Source: Flavobacteriaceae bacterium
Lineage (GTDB): Bacteria; Bacteroidota; Bacteroidia; Flavobacteriales; Flavobacteriaceae
NCBI GenBank assembly: GCA_034523115.1
Contig: JAXHKS010000024.1
Location: 7,846-71,845, forward strand
Reading direction: 5' to 3'
DNA length: 64,000 nucleotides
Shown piece after piece: positions 47,872-58,655 of this stretch. Position 1 is the stretch's first letter; each line of letters opens with the position of its first letter. The position numbers and the translations under genes were made by a program. The notes under the pieces were generated by a model. That model worked only from the letters and a program-made list of their open reading frames with translations, was not told the DNA's origin and ran no database searches.

Positions 47872-48931
47872 ATGAGAATATTTTTTATTTTTCTATTTTT
47901 ATTTTCTTCTGCAGTGGTTCATGTTCATGCGCAGAAGCCTTTTGTTGTAGTGCTTGATGCAGGTCATGGTGGCAAAGACCCAGGTAAAGTCGCCAAGAAC
48001 TATATTGAAAAAGACATTGCCTTGAGTATTGCCCTGCTTGCAGGAAAAAAATTGAAAGAAATTGATGGCATTGAAGTCGTTTATACCCGTGAAAAAGATG
48101 TTTTTATAGAATTAAAACAAAGGGGAAAGATCGCGAATGATGCCAATGGTGACCTTTTCGTTTCCATACACTGCAATGCACACAATACACCTGTCTCAGG
48201 ATCAGAGACCTACGCACTTGGGTGTGCATGCCAATAAGCAGAATTTTGAGGTTGCAAAACAGGAGAACTCCGTAATCTTTCTCGAAGACAACTACCAGGA
48301 AAAATATGGAGGATTTAATCCCAATTCGCCGGAGTCTGTAATAGGTATCACCTTGTTGCAGGAAGAATTTCTCGACCAGAGCCTGGGCCTGGCAAGTATT
48401 GTTGAAAGTAAATTTGCAGATGAGCTAAAAGTACCCAGCAGGGGAGTAAAACAAGCCGGATTTGTGGTTTTGCACCAAACCAATATGCCTGCCATTCTTA
48501 TAGAAACAGGATTCATTACCAACCCAAAGGAAGGCGCATTTTTACATTCCAAATCCGGTCAGGAAAAAGTAGCAAAAATTATCGCAGAGGCGGTGCTTAC
48601 CTATAAAAAGAATCTGGAACAGAATACGGTGGTTGAGGCGGCAAAACCAAAAAATACATTGGATACCACAGCCTCAGGCAAAAACCTGGAGGGTGTTTTA
48701 TTTAAAGTGCAAATTGCAGCCGGAGCTAACAAATTGGCCCTGAAACCTTATAATTTCAAGGGTTTAAAAAATGTTGAAATGGAGAAAGTAGGAAATATCT
48801 ACAAATACTATTACGGAAGTACAACGGATTACAATTCGGCGACCAAAAAACTGGCTGAAGCTAAAAAGAATGGATATCCCTCGGCTTTTATTATTGGCAT
48901 CAAGGAGGGCAAGGTAGTGCCGGTAAATTAA
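47872..48931 (+). CDS. N-acetylmuramoyl-L-alanine amidase (Amidase_3) with SPOR-like C-terminus (indel near 48220)
   Basis: VVLDAGHGGKDPG, FVSIHCNA, AILIETGFITN, FKVQIAA. Confidence 0.93.
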
Positions 48932-49009
48932 TCCGAGAAATAAACCGGAGTAATTTCTTGGAAGAATACCGTTATAATTTTGTAATATTGTTCATTAAAT
49001 TATCATATT

Positions 49010-49948
49010 TTGAAAATATCCAGGGAAATAAAAACAGGTATAATCGCAGTGCTGATTATAGTTTTGTTTATTTGGGGCTACAATTTTCTTAAAGATCGCA
49101 AAATACTGGATCGCAACCGAACCTATTATGCCATGTATGAGAATGTTCAGGGCCTGGTTCCTACCAGCCCTGTGCTGATCAACGGACTCAAAGTGGGCAG
49201 TATATCCAGAATCACTTTTCATCCAACAAAACCCGGTATGCTGGTCGTGCATATGGAACTGAGCAACGATATTGAATTTTCAAAGCAGACGGTTGCAGAG
49301 ATCTTCAGCCCCGACTTTATCAGCGGAAAATCTTTGCGTTTAAAATTGGTACCGGGGAGTGACCTGGCCCAAAGCGGTGATACCCTGGTCGGTGCCATAT
49401 CCACGGATATAATGGGTATGATCAATGAACAAATTGCGCCGCTGCAATCCAAGGTAGAAAGTTTTGTTGTGAACTCAGACTCTGTGATGACAAATGTAAA
49501 CAGGGTACTCGATGCAAGAAACCAGGAAAATATTGCCAGATCTCTTGAAAATCTCAACCAGACTTTGCAGCAGATAAAAAGTATATCAATGAAGGCAGAT
49601 AAAATGCTGGGCAGCAATGCCCCCAGATTTGACAGCATTATGGTAAATGCAAACCATGCCATGTCTGGTTTGTCTCAAATGTCCGATTCATTGCAAAAGG
49701 CAAATATTTCAGCCACTGTGGCGAAACTGGAAAAATCTATTAATCAGTTTAATACCATGCTCGACAGTATCAACCAGGGAAAAGGATCTTTGGGAAAACT
49801 GATGCATGATGAGGCGCTATACAACAATATGGAAGCTGCAACCAAAGAAATGGAAGCTTTGCTGAAGGATATGAAAGAAAACCCCAAAAGGTATGTTCAT
49901 TTTTCAGTTTTCGGAAAAAAGGAAACACCCTACAAAGATCCGGAATAA
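49010..49948 (+). CDS. MlaD/MCE-family protein
   Basis: N-terminal TM, GLVPTSPVLINGLKVG, helical tail, GKGSLGKL, NPKRYVHFSVFG. Confidence 0.9.
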   Translation: MKISREIKTGIIAVLIIVLFIWGYNFLKDRKILDRNRTYYAMYENVQGLVPTSPVLINGLKVGSISRITFHPTKPGMLVVHMELSNDIEFSKQTVAEIFSPDFISGKSLRLKLVPGSDLAQSGDTLVGAISTDIMGMINEQIAPLQSKVESFVVNSDSVMTNVNRVLDARNQENIARSLENLNQTLQQIKSISMKADKMLGSNAPRFDSIMVNANHAMSGLSQMSDSLQKANISATVAKLEKSINQFNTMLDSINQGKGSLGKLMHDEALYNNMEAATKEMEALLKDMKENPKRYVHFSVFGKKETPYKDPE

Positions 49949-50123
49949 AGGCTCTTTATTTGGTTGATAAGTTTTAATAATTTTTAGGGATCAAATGCGT
50001 TTGGTCATGAAAATTTATTAGTTTTAAATAGGATAAAATACAATACTTACTCTATTTAAATATTCGTGTTAGATTAATTTAATATGTTAATTATTAAATA
50101 GATATATATAGAAAAAAAATTAC

Positions 50124-51440
50124 ATGCAATTTCTTCCAAATATTCTGTTTTCTGTTATTCTTATCGCAGGAATTGTTTTTTTTATAAGAAATATAAAAAA
50201 GATAGTCAGGAATATTCGTTTGGGTAAGGCCCTGAAGAGATCAGATCACGCTTCTTTGCGTTGGCAGCATATGGCTAAAATTGCTTTGGGCCAGTCGAAA
50301 ATGGGTAAAAAGCCCGTCGCTGCTTTTTTGCACCTGATTGTTTATGTCGGTTTTATTATCATCAATATAGAATTGCTCGAAATTGTACTCGATGGTATCT
50401 TTGGAACCCACCGCCTGTTTTCTTTTTTGGGTATTTTCTATGACTTTCTTATTGGATCCTTCGAGATTCTCGCCCTGCTTGTTATTGTTGCTGTTGTTGC
50501 CTTTTGGATGAGAAGAATGGTACTTAAAATTCCCCGCTTTTGGAATAAAGAAATGACAACCTGGCCCAGAAAGGACGCCCTCAATATCTTGTATTTTGAA
50601 ATGGTCTTAATGTCGCTTTTTCTGCTCATGAATGCGGCCGACTATAGTTTGCAACAACTTGGAAATGGGCATTACCCCCAGGCAGGAGCTTTTCCTGTGA
50701 GCAAATTTATTTCCGGTATTTTGCCTGATTCTGCCGATGCCCTGATTTTGATAGAAAGAAGCGCCTGGTGGTTTCATATCATTGGCATTCTGGTGTTTTT
50801 GAATTACCTTTATTATTCAAAGCATTTGCATATCCTTCTGGCTTTTCCGAATACCTACTTTGCCAATTTAAACCCTCCCGGACAACTAACTAACTTACAG
50901 TCTGTTACAGATGAGGTTAAACTCATGATGGATCCTGAGGCTGATCCATATGCTACACCTGTGGATATGGAAACTAAGGTTATCGAAAAATTTGGCGCAA
51001 GTGATGTAACCGATCTTAGCTGGGTACAACTAATGAATGCGTATACCTGTACGGAATGCGGACGTTGTACAGCGGCTTGTCCGGCCAACCAGACAGGTAA
51101 AGAACTGTCGCCAAGGGCAATCATGATGAAAACAAGAGACAGGCTGGAAGAGGTAGGCAGAAATATCGATAAAAATGGTACTTTTCAGGAGGATGGAAAG
51201 TCTTTGCTGGATACAATCAGCAATGAGGAGATCTGGGCATGTACGAGTTGTAATGCCTGTGTGGAAGAATGTCCTGTTAGTATTGATCCTTTATCGATCA
51301 TCATCGATTTGAGGAGGTATCTGGTGATGGAAAAATCGGCTGCGCCACAAGGGCTGAACGCGATGATGACCAATATTGAAAATAATGGTGCGCCCTGGCA
51401 GTTTAACCAGATGGATCGCTTAAACTGGAAAGACTCGTAA
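50124..51440 (+). CDS. Membrane Fe-S oxidoreductase subunit (FadF/EtfD N-terminal half)
   Basis: Multi-TM N-terminus with His residues (FLHLI, WFHII, SKHLH) and two CxxCxxCxxxCP motifs. Confidence 0.88.
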   Translation: MQFLPNILFSVILIAGIVFFIRNIKKIVRNIRLGKALKRSDHASLRWQHMAKIALGQSKMGKKPVAAFLHLIVYVGFIIINIELLEIVLDGIFGTHRLFSFLGIFYDFLIGSFEILALLVIVAVVAFWMRRMVLKIPRFWNKEMTTWPRKDALNILYFEMVLMSLFLLMNAADYSLQQLGNGHYPQAGAFPVSKFISGILPDSADALILIERSAWWFHIIGILVFLNYLYYSKHLHILLAFPNTYFANLNPPGQLTNLQSVTDEVKLMMDPEADPYATPVDMETKVIEKFGASDVTDLSWVQLMNAYTCTECGRCTAACPANQTGKELSPRAIMMKTRDRLEEVGRNIDKNGTFQEDGKSLLDTISNEEIWACTSCNACVEECPVSIDPLSIIIDLRRYLVMEKSAAPQGLNAMMTNIENNGAPWQFNQMDRLNWKDS

Positions 51441-51463
51441 TAAAAAAAATAGTAAATTTGTAT

Positions 51464-52243
51464 ATGAAAGTTCCAACAATGGCAGAAATGATGGCAGAAG
51501 GAAAAACCCCCGAAGTTTTGTTTTGGGTAGGTTGTGCCGGGAGTTTTGACGACAGGGCCAAAAAAATTACCAGGGCGGTAGTCAAAATCCTGCAAAATGC
51601 CGGTGTAGAATTTGCTGTCCTTGGAACAGAAGAGAGTTGTACAGGAGATCCTGCGAAAAGGGCCGGAAACGAGTTTTTATTTCAGATGCAGGCCATGACC
51701 AATATACAGGTCTTAAATGCCTACGAAGTGAAAAAAATCGTGACTGCTTGTCCGCATTGCTTCAATACACTCAAGAATGAATATCCGGAATTGGGAGGAC
51801 ATTATGAAGTAATGCACCATACCGAACTGATCAATTCCCTGTTGAAAGAGGGAAGGTTAAAAGTAAGTTCCGGTGCTTTTAAAGGAAAACGAATCACATT
51901 TCACGATCCCTGTTATCTGGGAAGGGCCAACGGGGTATATGAAGCCCCCAGGGAAATCCTTGAAAAACTGGATGCAGCGCTGGTGGAAATGAAACGGTGC
52001 AAGTCTAACGGACTCTGTTGCGGAGCCGGGGGTGCACAAATGTTTAAGGAAGCAGAAAAAGGGTCTAAAGAGGTGTTCATTGAAAGGACAGAGGAAGCAC
52101 TGGAAGTAAATCCGGATACGATTGCCACAGGATGCCCATTTTGCAACACCATGCTGACAGACGGAATTAAAAATAAAGAAAAGGGGCACAGCATATCTGT
52201 GCTGGATATAGCCGAGCTCATAGCAACAGCCGGCGAATTGTAA
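51464..52243 (+). CDS. CCG-domain Fe-S protein (FadF/EtfD/HdrD C-terminal half)
   Basis: FWVGC, ESCTGD, TACPHC, FHDPCYLGR, CCGAGG, GCPFC. Confidence 0.9.
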   Translation: MKVPTMAEMMAEGKTPEVLFWVGCAGSFDDRAKKITRAVVKILQNAGVEFAVLGTEESCTGDPAKRAGNEFLFQMQAMTNIQVLNAYEVKKIVTACPHCFNTLKNEYPELGGHYEVMHHTELINSLLKEGRLKVSSGAFKGKRITFHDPCYLGRANGVYEAPREILEKLDAALVEMKRCKSNGLCCGAGGAQMFKEAEKGSKEVFIERTEEALEVNPDTIATGCPFCNTMLTDGIKNKEKGHSISVLDIAELIATAGEL

Positions 52244-52259
52244 ATAACATAATTGATTT

Positions 52260-52860
52260 ATGCCTTACGTTAACGAACAGGATCTGACCAATCTCTATAA
52301 CGAAGTTGAAAAGTCGAATGAGACGATCGACATGATTTCCGTTGCCCTGGCAGAAGAGGAAAAGAAAGTTTCCCTTCTTAAAAGGCACAGGGTTTTGTTG
52401 GGTGTGCTTGCCGTTTTGTTATCCGTTTTAATGATCTGGTCATTTTTACCTAAAGAGGAGCGTGTCTCAGAAGAATACCTGATCAGAAACAATTCAAGTA
52501 TCGTGAATACGGATACGCTGCATAATATGCAGTTGAAATCAGCAAATTTCGACAGAGAAATCGCCTATTCCGCCAATAAACTGCCCTTGCTCTACAGTGT
52601 GCAGATTGGGGCTTATTCAAATTTTTCCAGTAACCTGATCTCAGAGGGCCTCAATCAGATGTCAGAATTTGAGGAAGAAGGCCTGAACAAGTTCGCTATA
52701 GGTAAGTTCAATTACCTACAAGGAGGCCGTAGTGCTAAGAGATGATCTGAGGAAATTAGGGTTTACCGATTGTTTTATTATTGCCCGTTAGTACGGTGAA
52801 CCCATCAATATCACTGAAGCCCTCGAGCTGAGCGGTGAGGAATGGATCAGGGGCGAATGA
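52260..52860 (+). CDS. Hypothetical single-TM protein with SPOR-like C-terminal domain (read errors near 52710 and 52790)
   Basis: Coiled N-terminus, one TM, YSVQIGAY; shifted frame gives LRKLGFTDCFIIAR...EALELSGEEWIRGE*. Confidence 0.7.
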
Positions 52861-52875
52861 TTACAAAACTTCTTT

Positions 52876-53779
52876 ATGGCAGCAAATAAGTGGATAAACG
52901 CGGCACGCCTGCGAACGCTTCCTTTATCGGTTTCGGGTATTATTGCCGGTAGTTTTCTCGCCTGGTCTCAGGGATCTTTTAATATATTGATCTTTATATT
53001 CGCCATACTTACTACCATAGGTTTTCAGGTTCTTTCCAATTTTGCCAATGATTATGGCGATGGCGTAAAAGGTACAGACAATAAGGAGCGTATTGGTCCG
53101 GCACGGACTATCCAGAGTGGCCTGATCAGTCCTTCAGAGATGAGAAGGGCGATAAGGATCACAATTTTTTTAACGCTGCTGGTTGCTGTTATACTGATCT
53201 ATTTGTCTTTTTCCAAAGGTGAATTTCTTTTTGCCTTGCTGTTTTTTGTTTTTGGGAATTGCAAGTATTGCTGCGAGCCATTAAATATACCGTAGGATCA
53301 AATGCCTATGGCTATGTTGGTTTTGGCGATCTTTTTGTCTTTCTTTTCTTCGGATTGTTAAGCGTTTGCGGCAGTTATTTTTTGTACACAAAATCCCTTC
53401 CACTTGCTGTGTTTCTGCCGGCATTTTCCATTGGGTTTTTAAGCGCAGGAGTGCTTAACCTGAACAATATGCGCGATGTTGTTTCTGATTACCAGAACCA
53501 GTAAAAAAACCCTGGTTGTCAAGATAGGATCTGAATTTGCCAGGTATTATCATATCTATCTGCTGGTGTCGGCATTCTCTGTTTGCCCTTATATACAATA
53601 CAATTAATTTTCATTCATGGTATCAATTCATTTTTTTGGTGGTACTGGTACCCATATATTTGCACGGTAAATTTGTCTGGTTCAATAAAGATCCAAAGGA
53701 CCTCGACCCCAGAATTAAAAAGCTGGCATTAAGTACCTTCGCTTTTGCTTTTTTATTTCGCTTGGGACAAATTTTATAA
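52876..53779 (+). CDS. menA: 1,4-dihydroxy-2-naphthoate octaprenyltransferase, three fragments
   Basis: ARLRTLPLS, SNFANDYGDGVKGTD, IKYTVG..AYGY.GFGD, LNLNNMRD. Confidence 0.93.
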
Positions 53780-53781
53780 AA

Positions 53782-53797
53782 AATGATAAAAATCATT
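53782..53797. promoter_or_regulatory. Palindromic operator AATGAT-AAAA-ATCATT (Crp/Fnr-like TGAT-N4-ATCA), copy 1
   Basis: Perfect 6-4-6 inverted repeat 46 nt upstream of ATG 53844; identical copy at 56720. Confidence 0.65.
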
Positions 53798-53843
53798 TGT
53801 AATAAAAGATAAAAGTGTCTTCTTTGTAGAAGAAATCTAATTG

Positions 53844-54226
53844 ATGAAAAAGTTAGTCATTGTACATCTTTTTTTAAATCTTTATTTGCTGGCCCTGGTA
53901 GGGCCGGTGCTGCCGATTCTTGACTACCTCATTAACTATGACTATATCGCCAATGAGTTATGCATTAACAGAGACAAACCCATATTGGCCTGTAATGGCA
54001 AGTGTTACCTCGAAGGTCAGTTTAACAAGCAACAAAATTCCCAGGAGGAAAATCCTGTTCCACTTGTGCCCAAAGTAGATTTTGAAAGGTTTTTTACCTG
54101 GTAGTCAAATCATTTGAATACAAATTACTCGACTTTACAAATCAAAAGACTTCGATCATTTCAATATGTAAACTTCAGGGAGCATTAGTGCCCTTCTCCA
54201 TTTTCAAACCTCCCATTTACCATTAA
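53844..54226 (+). CDS. Cys-rich small protein with N-terminal hydrophobic segment and C-terminal IFKPP; candidate metal-responsive leader ORF
   Basis: YIANELCINRDKPILACNGKCYL; one missing base near 54097 joins it to an open frame ending ...VPFSIFKPPIYH* (TAA 54224-54226). Confidence 0.75.
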
Positions 54227-54296
54227 AATTCATAGTTAAAAATCTTGGGAAAGATTTAAATCAAAAAATTATAAATTTTAGTTTATACCAATAATC

Positions 54297-56576
54297 ATGA
54301 AGATAAATGATTTATTGGTTCTTGTCGTGCTGCTTTGCAGTTTGGCAGGAACCAGCCAAACAATTCTTTTTAAAGGAAGGTTATGGACGAGACCGGCCAG
54401 CCCGTTGAAAAGGCAATTATCAATTTAAAAGGCAGTTACCAAAGTTTTACTACGGATCAAAACGGAGAATACAGTTTTTCAGCAGATTCGGAAAGCATAG
54501 CCACCGTAAGCTGTTTGAATTACCAACCAAGAACGGTTGATTTGGTGCAAGACATGGAAATCGTCCTAAAGGAAGGCTCCATTGAACTTGACAATATTGT
54601 GGTTAAGGCCGATCCCTTGTATGATGTTCCGCATTCAAGCATTATTATTGATGAGGTTAAGTCAACAACCCAGCCAAGATCTGTCAGTGATTTGTTTAAA
54701 GACATTCCGGGTTTTGGAATCCAAAAACGGGGGGCTTATGTTGCAGAACCCATTTCAGGGCGTTTAGGTACGAGCAGCTGAATATTCAATATGACGGGGG
54801 AATGAGGATCACCAACGCCTGCCCAAATAGAATGGACCCATCACCACCCTATTATACCCGAAGAAATTGGGCAGATAAGAGGTCATCAAAGGACCTTTTT
54901 CAGTAAGGTTTCGCCAAAATTTTGGCGGGGTGATCAATTTGGTTTCTAAATCTGTAAATGACAAGGAAATGGGACTTTCCGGCACCATTGAGTGGCTGGA
55001 TGAAACCACAACAGCGGTTTTACCGGCAGAGGCTCATTGGTTCAAAGAGGAGAATCTTTCGACCTTGAACTCAACGGTTCCTACCGGAATTACGGCGATT
55101 ATGAAGACGGCAACGGAACAGAAGTTCCCTCCTCGTTCACCACAACTGACTATTCGGTCAAATTGGGCTATAACCCGTCAGAAAATCAGCGAATGCGGCT
55201 GACATGGAGACAATCCTTTTGCCGGAGACGTGGATCATGCAGGTTTGCCAATGAATTCACCTTATGACGACAGTTATATGGCAGGAATCGATTATAGATC
55301 ACAAAACCTACAGAGCTAATTACGGACATTACAGTAAAAGGTTTTTATTCTTATGTGGATCATCTCATGACCAATGAGAACAGGCCCAGTTTTGCAGTTT
55401 CCGGTTCTTCTTCCAATGTTTTTGCCACAAATTATGGCGGAAAGGCCGAAGTAGCTTTTAAACCTGCAGATAAAGTTTTGATATACACAGGTTTAGATGG
55501 TAACTTTACCTCAAGGGAAGGGGATAGGATCAGAACCATTAAAATGGCCAACGGACAACCATTGCCGAACCCGGTTGTGAAGGTAGATAAAATTTGGCAG
55601 GACGCAGTGCTTAACGATGTGGGAAAGATATTTTTTGCGGAAGGAAAACTGCTTTGTCCGAAACTTCCACCCTCACCATGGGCTTGAGATCGGATTTTGT
55701 AAATGCAGCCATCAACGATCCGGAAGCCGATTTTGAGACCCTTTATGGCGGAGAAATAGAGGATCAGTCAGAAGTGAATCTGGGGGGGAATATTTCGTAC
55801 CAGTATAACAAGCCATATTTTTAGATGGAATGCCTCTTTGGGCAGGAAAATCGAACTGCCGACATGATTGAGCGATACATCAACCATTTTAATGTGGGTA
55901 TAGACCCTTATGAGTATGTTGGAAATCCTTACTGTCAGACCCAGAGGTAAATTATCAGATGGAACTGTGGGGCCAATTCAAAAATGAAAATTATCAGTTT
56001 GGAGCATCATTTTTTTACTCCTATCTGGAAGATTTTATCTCAGCCATAGTAGATCCTGACCTACCCAGGAAATTCATGCCCACTATGGAGCCCAAATTCG
56101 CCAAAAGATTTATCAATCTGGATAAAGCCTATCAAACCGGTTTTGAGGCATTTTTCAATTATTATTTAACTGCCCAACTTATTCTGGAAACAGATATTTC
56201 CTATACCTATGGGCAAAATGAAGATTTTGATGAACCCTTACCGCAGGTAACTCCTTTAACAGGCCATATCGGAATTAAGTATGACCAAAAGAAATACTGG
56301 GTCAACTTGAAATCCAGACTTGTAGACAGCCAGGACCGCGTGGCGGTATCATTTGGTGAAGAAGAAACACCGGGTTTCGCAACATTTGATATCAGTGCCG
56401 GATTTGTGCCATTTAAAGGACTTTCCATCGGTGCTGCGATTTTAAATATCTTTGATAAAGCGTATTATGAACACCTCAATTTTGCCTATAACGGTGCTGA
56501 CCTTCTCAGTGGAAGGATCTACGAGCCGGGGCGGAATTTTACCTTTTACGCGACCTATAATTTTCAGTATTTATGA
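54297..56576 (+). CDS. OprC-like TonB-dependent copper receptor, heavily frameshifted by read errors
   Basis: Plug motif NACPNRMDP (54814-54840), barrel DHLM (55358-55369), IKGPFSVR, TPGF, C-terminal YEPGRNF. Confidence 0.85.
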
Positions 56577-56579
56577 AGA

Positions 56580-56603
56580 AATAGCAGGTGTTTGTCTGCT
56601 ATT
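56580..56603 (+). terminator. Hairpin after the TonB receptor
   Basis: AATAGCAG-N8-CTGCTATT directly after the stop; only a weak T tail. Confidence 0.45.
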
Positions 56604-56719
56604 CAATTTCTATTCAAAAAATAAATAAAATTCAAGTATAAAAATATTATTATTGCGTAATTACCTATAAATAAGTTGAATAGGTATATATTTTTATTTT
56701 AGATAATAAATTTATTAAG

Positions 56720-56850
56720 AATGATAAAAATCATTTGTAATAAAGATAAAATTGTCTTCTAGTAGAATTTTAATGGAAAGTTAGCCTCACACCCTTTTTT
56801 AATCTATCCGGGCGGGGGCCGGGCCGGGCGATTACCTCTCACTAGACTAT
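56720..56850 (+). repeat. Second copy of the operator/promoter and leader-ORF start found at 53782-53950
   Basis: AATGATAAAAATCATTTGTAATAAA(A)GATAAAA.TGTCTTCT near-identical; colinear islands AAAGTTAG, CTTTTTTAA, GGGCCGG, GACTATATCGC follow. Confidence 0.8.
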
Positions 56851-57164
56851 ATCGCGGCGGGAGGGACGAAACGATGGCCGAGGAGGTTATCGGAGGGGGA
56901 GCAAGCGGCAGAACCCCGATAGCCGACCCCTAAATTAGAAAAATTTCATTTCCGTTTTCTTAATTTCAAATCTGCTGTATATACGCTATAGAAATAAATA
57001 GCAAAAATAGTCTTTAATTAAGGCGTATAGGTCTTTCTATTTCTTTCCGGCGCCTCCGGGTTATAATTTCATTAATTCTTTGTAAGTTTAAATCCCGCTC
57101 GTATTCCCCTGCCTAAGGTATGGGTATGCTATATAAATTATAATCAATTAAATAATAACCATTT

Positions 57165-57560
57165 ATGAAAAAATAAATTAATTTTTTTATTATACTTTCT
57201 GCTTTTATTGCCTCTTGCTCCGTGGGGGCGGCGGGAGGCCGGACTATTAAAGGCGGATTTCACGATACCCTGGAGCGGAGGCGGGAAAAATTTATGCGGG
57301 TATAAGACATAACCTTCGCGAAAGATAATTTAACGGTAAATATGTTGAAAACACCATTTCCGAAGCCGGCATAGATCAACGGAACCATTCTTGTCCGAAA
57401 TATAGTTAATGCATGCGAGCAAATACAACCTAAGGGTATATAGTATTTGGATGTAAAGATAGAAAGGAGGGGATAGGACATTGAATTACAGTGAAAGATG
57501 ACTATTATGGTCAAGATGATATCGGGCCTATCGCCAAACAAAATGTATGAGTTTTGTGGC
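57165..57560 (+). CDS. Probable small lipoprotein in a very low-quality stretch; boundaries approximate
   Basis: ATGAAA start after an A-rich leader; nearby frame reads ..FFIILSAFIASCS (lipobox); remainder garbled. Confidence 0.35.
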
Positions 57561-57718
57561 TAGGAAAGAGGGGCTGAGCCGCCTTTCTTCCCCCCCTTTT
57601 CTTTCTCTTTTTTTTTTTTTCCATTGAAATCGTAGGCATAATTGCTTGTTAAATTTACTCCTTCTCTCCTTTTTTTTCCCTTCCCTCTTCTTTCTCCCCC
57701 TTCTAAAATAAGATACTT

Positions 57719-58458
<740 letters not shown>

Positions 58459-58620
58459 AAATCACATGAGATACTGACAATCAAGGAAATAGTTAGGCTT
58501 TCCGCAAAAGCTATTGTATATAATATATTACATGAAATGCCGGTTTTTATCAAAAAAACCATTGTGGCTTTATTCACAATTAATTAACTGGTTTTTCAGG
58601 TAGTTTGTTGGTTATATAGT

Positions 58621-58628
58621 TACCTTTG
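58621..58628 (+). promoter_or_regulatory. -7 promoter element (TACCTTTG)
   Basis: TAnnTTTG match 27 nt upstream of ATG 58656. Confidence 0.6.
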
Positions 58629-58655
58629 AGGAATTATTTTAATAATTCTTCATTA

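Noticed and set aside
52789-52791. In-frame TAG in the SPOR-like gene (stop readthrough or alternative code)
   Set aside because: TAG serves as a normal stop elsewhere (leuB, helicase, btuG); one substitution error explains it.
57560-57710. Pyrimidine-rich stretch giving a Lys/Gly-rich minus-strand ORF
   Set aside because: Low-complexity, low-quality sequence with no protein-family signal.
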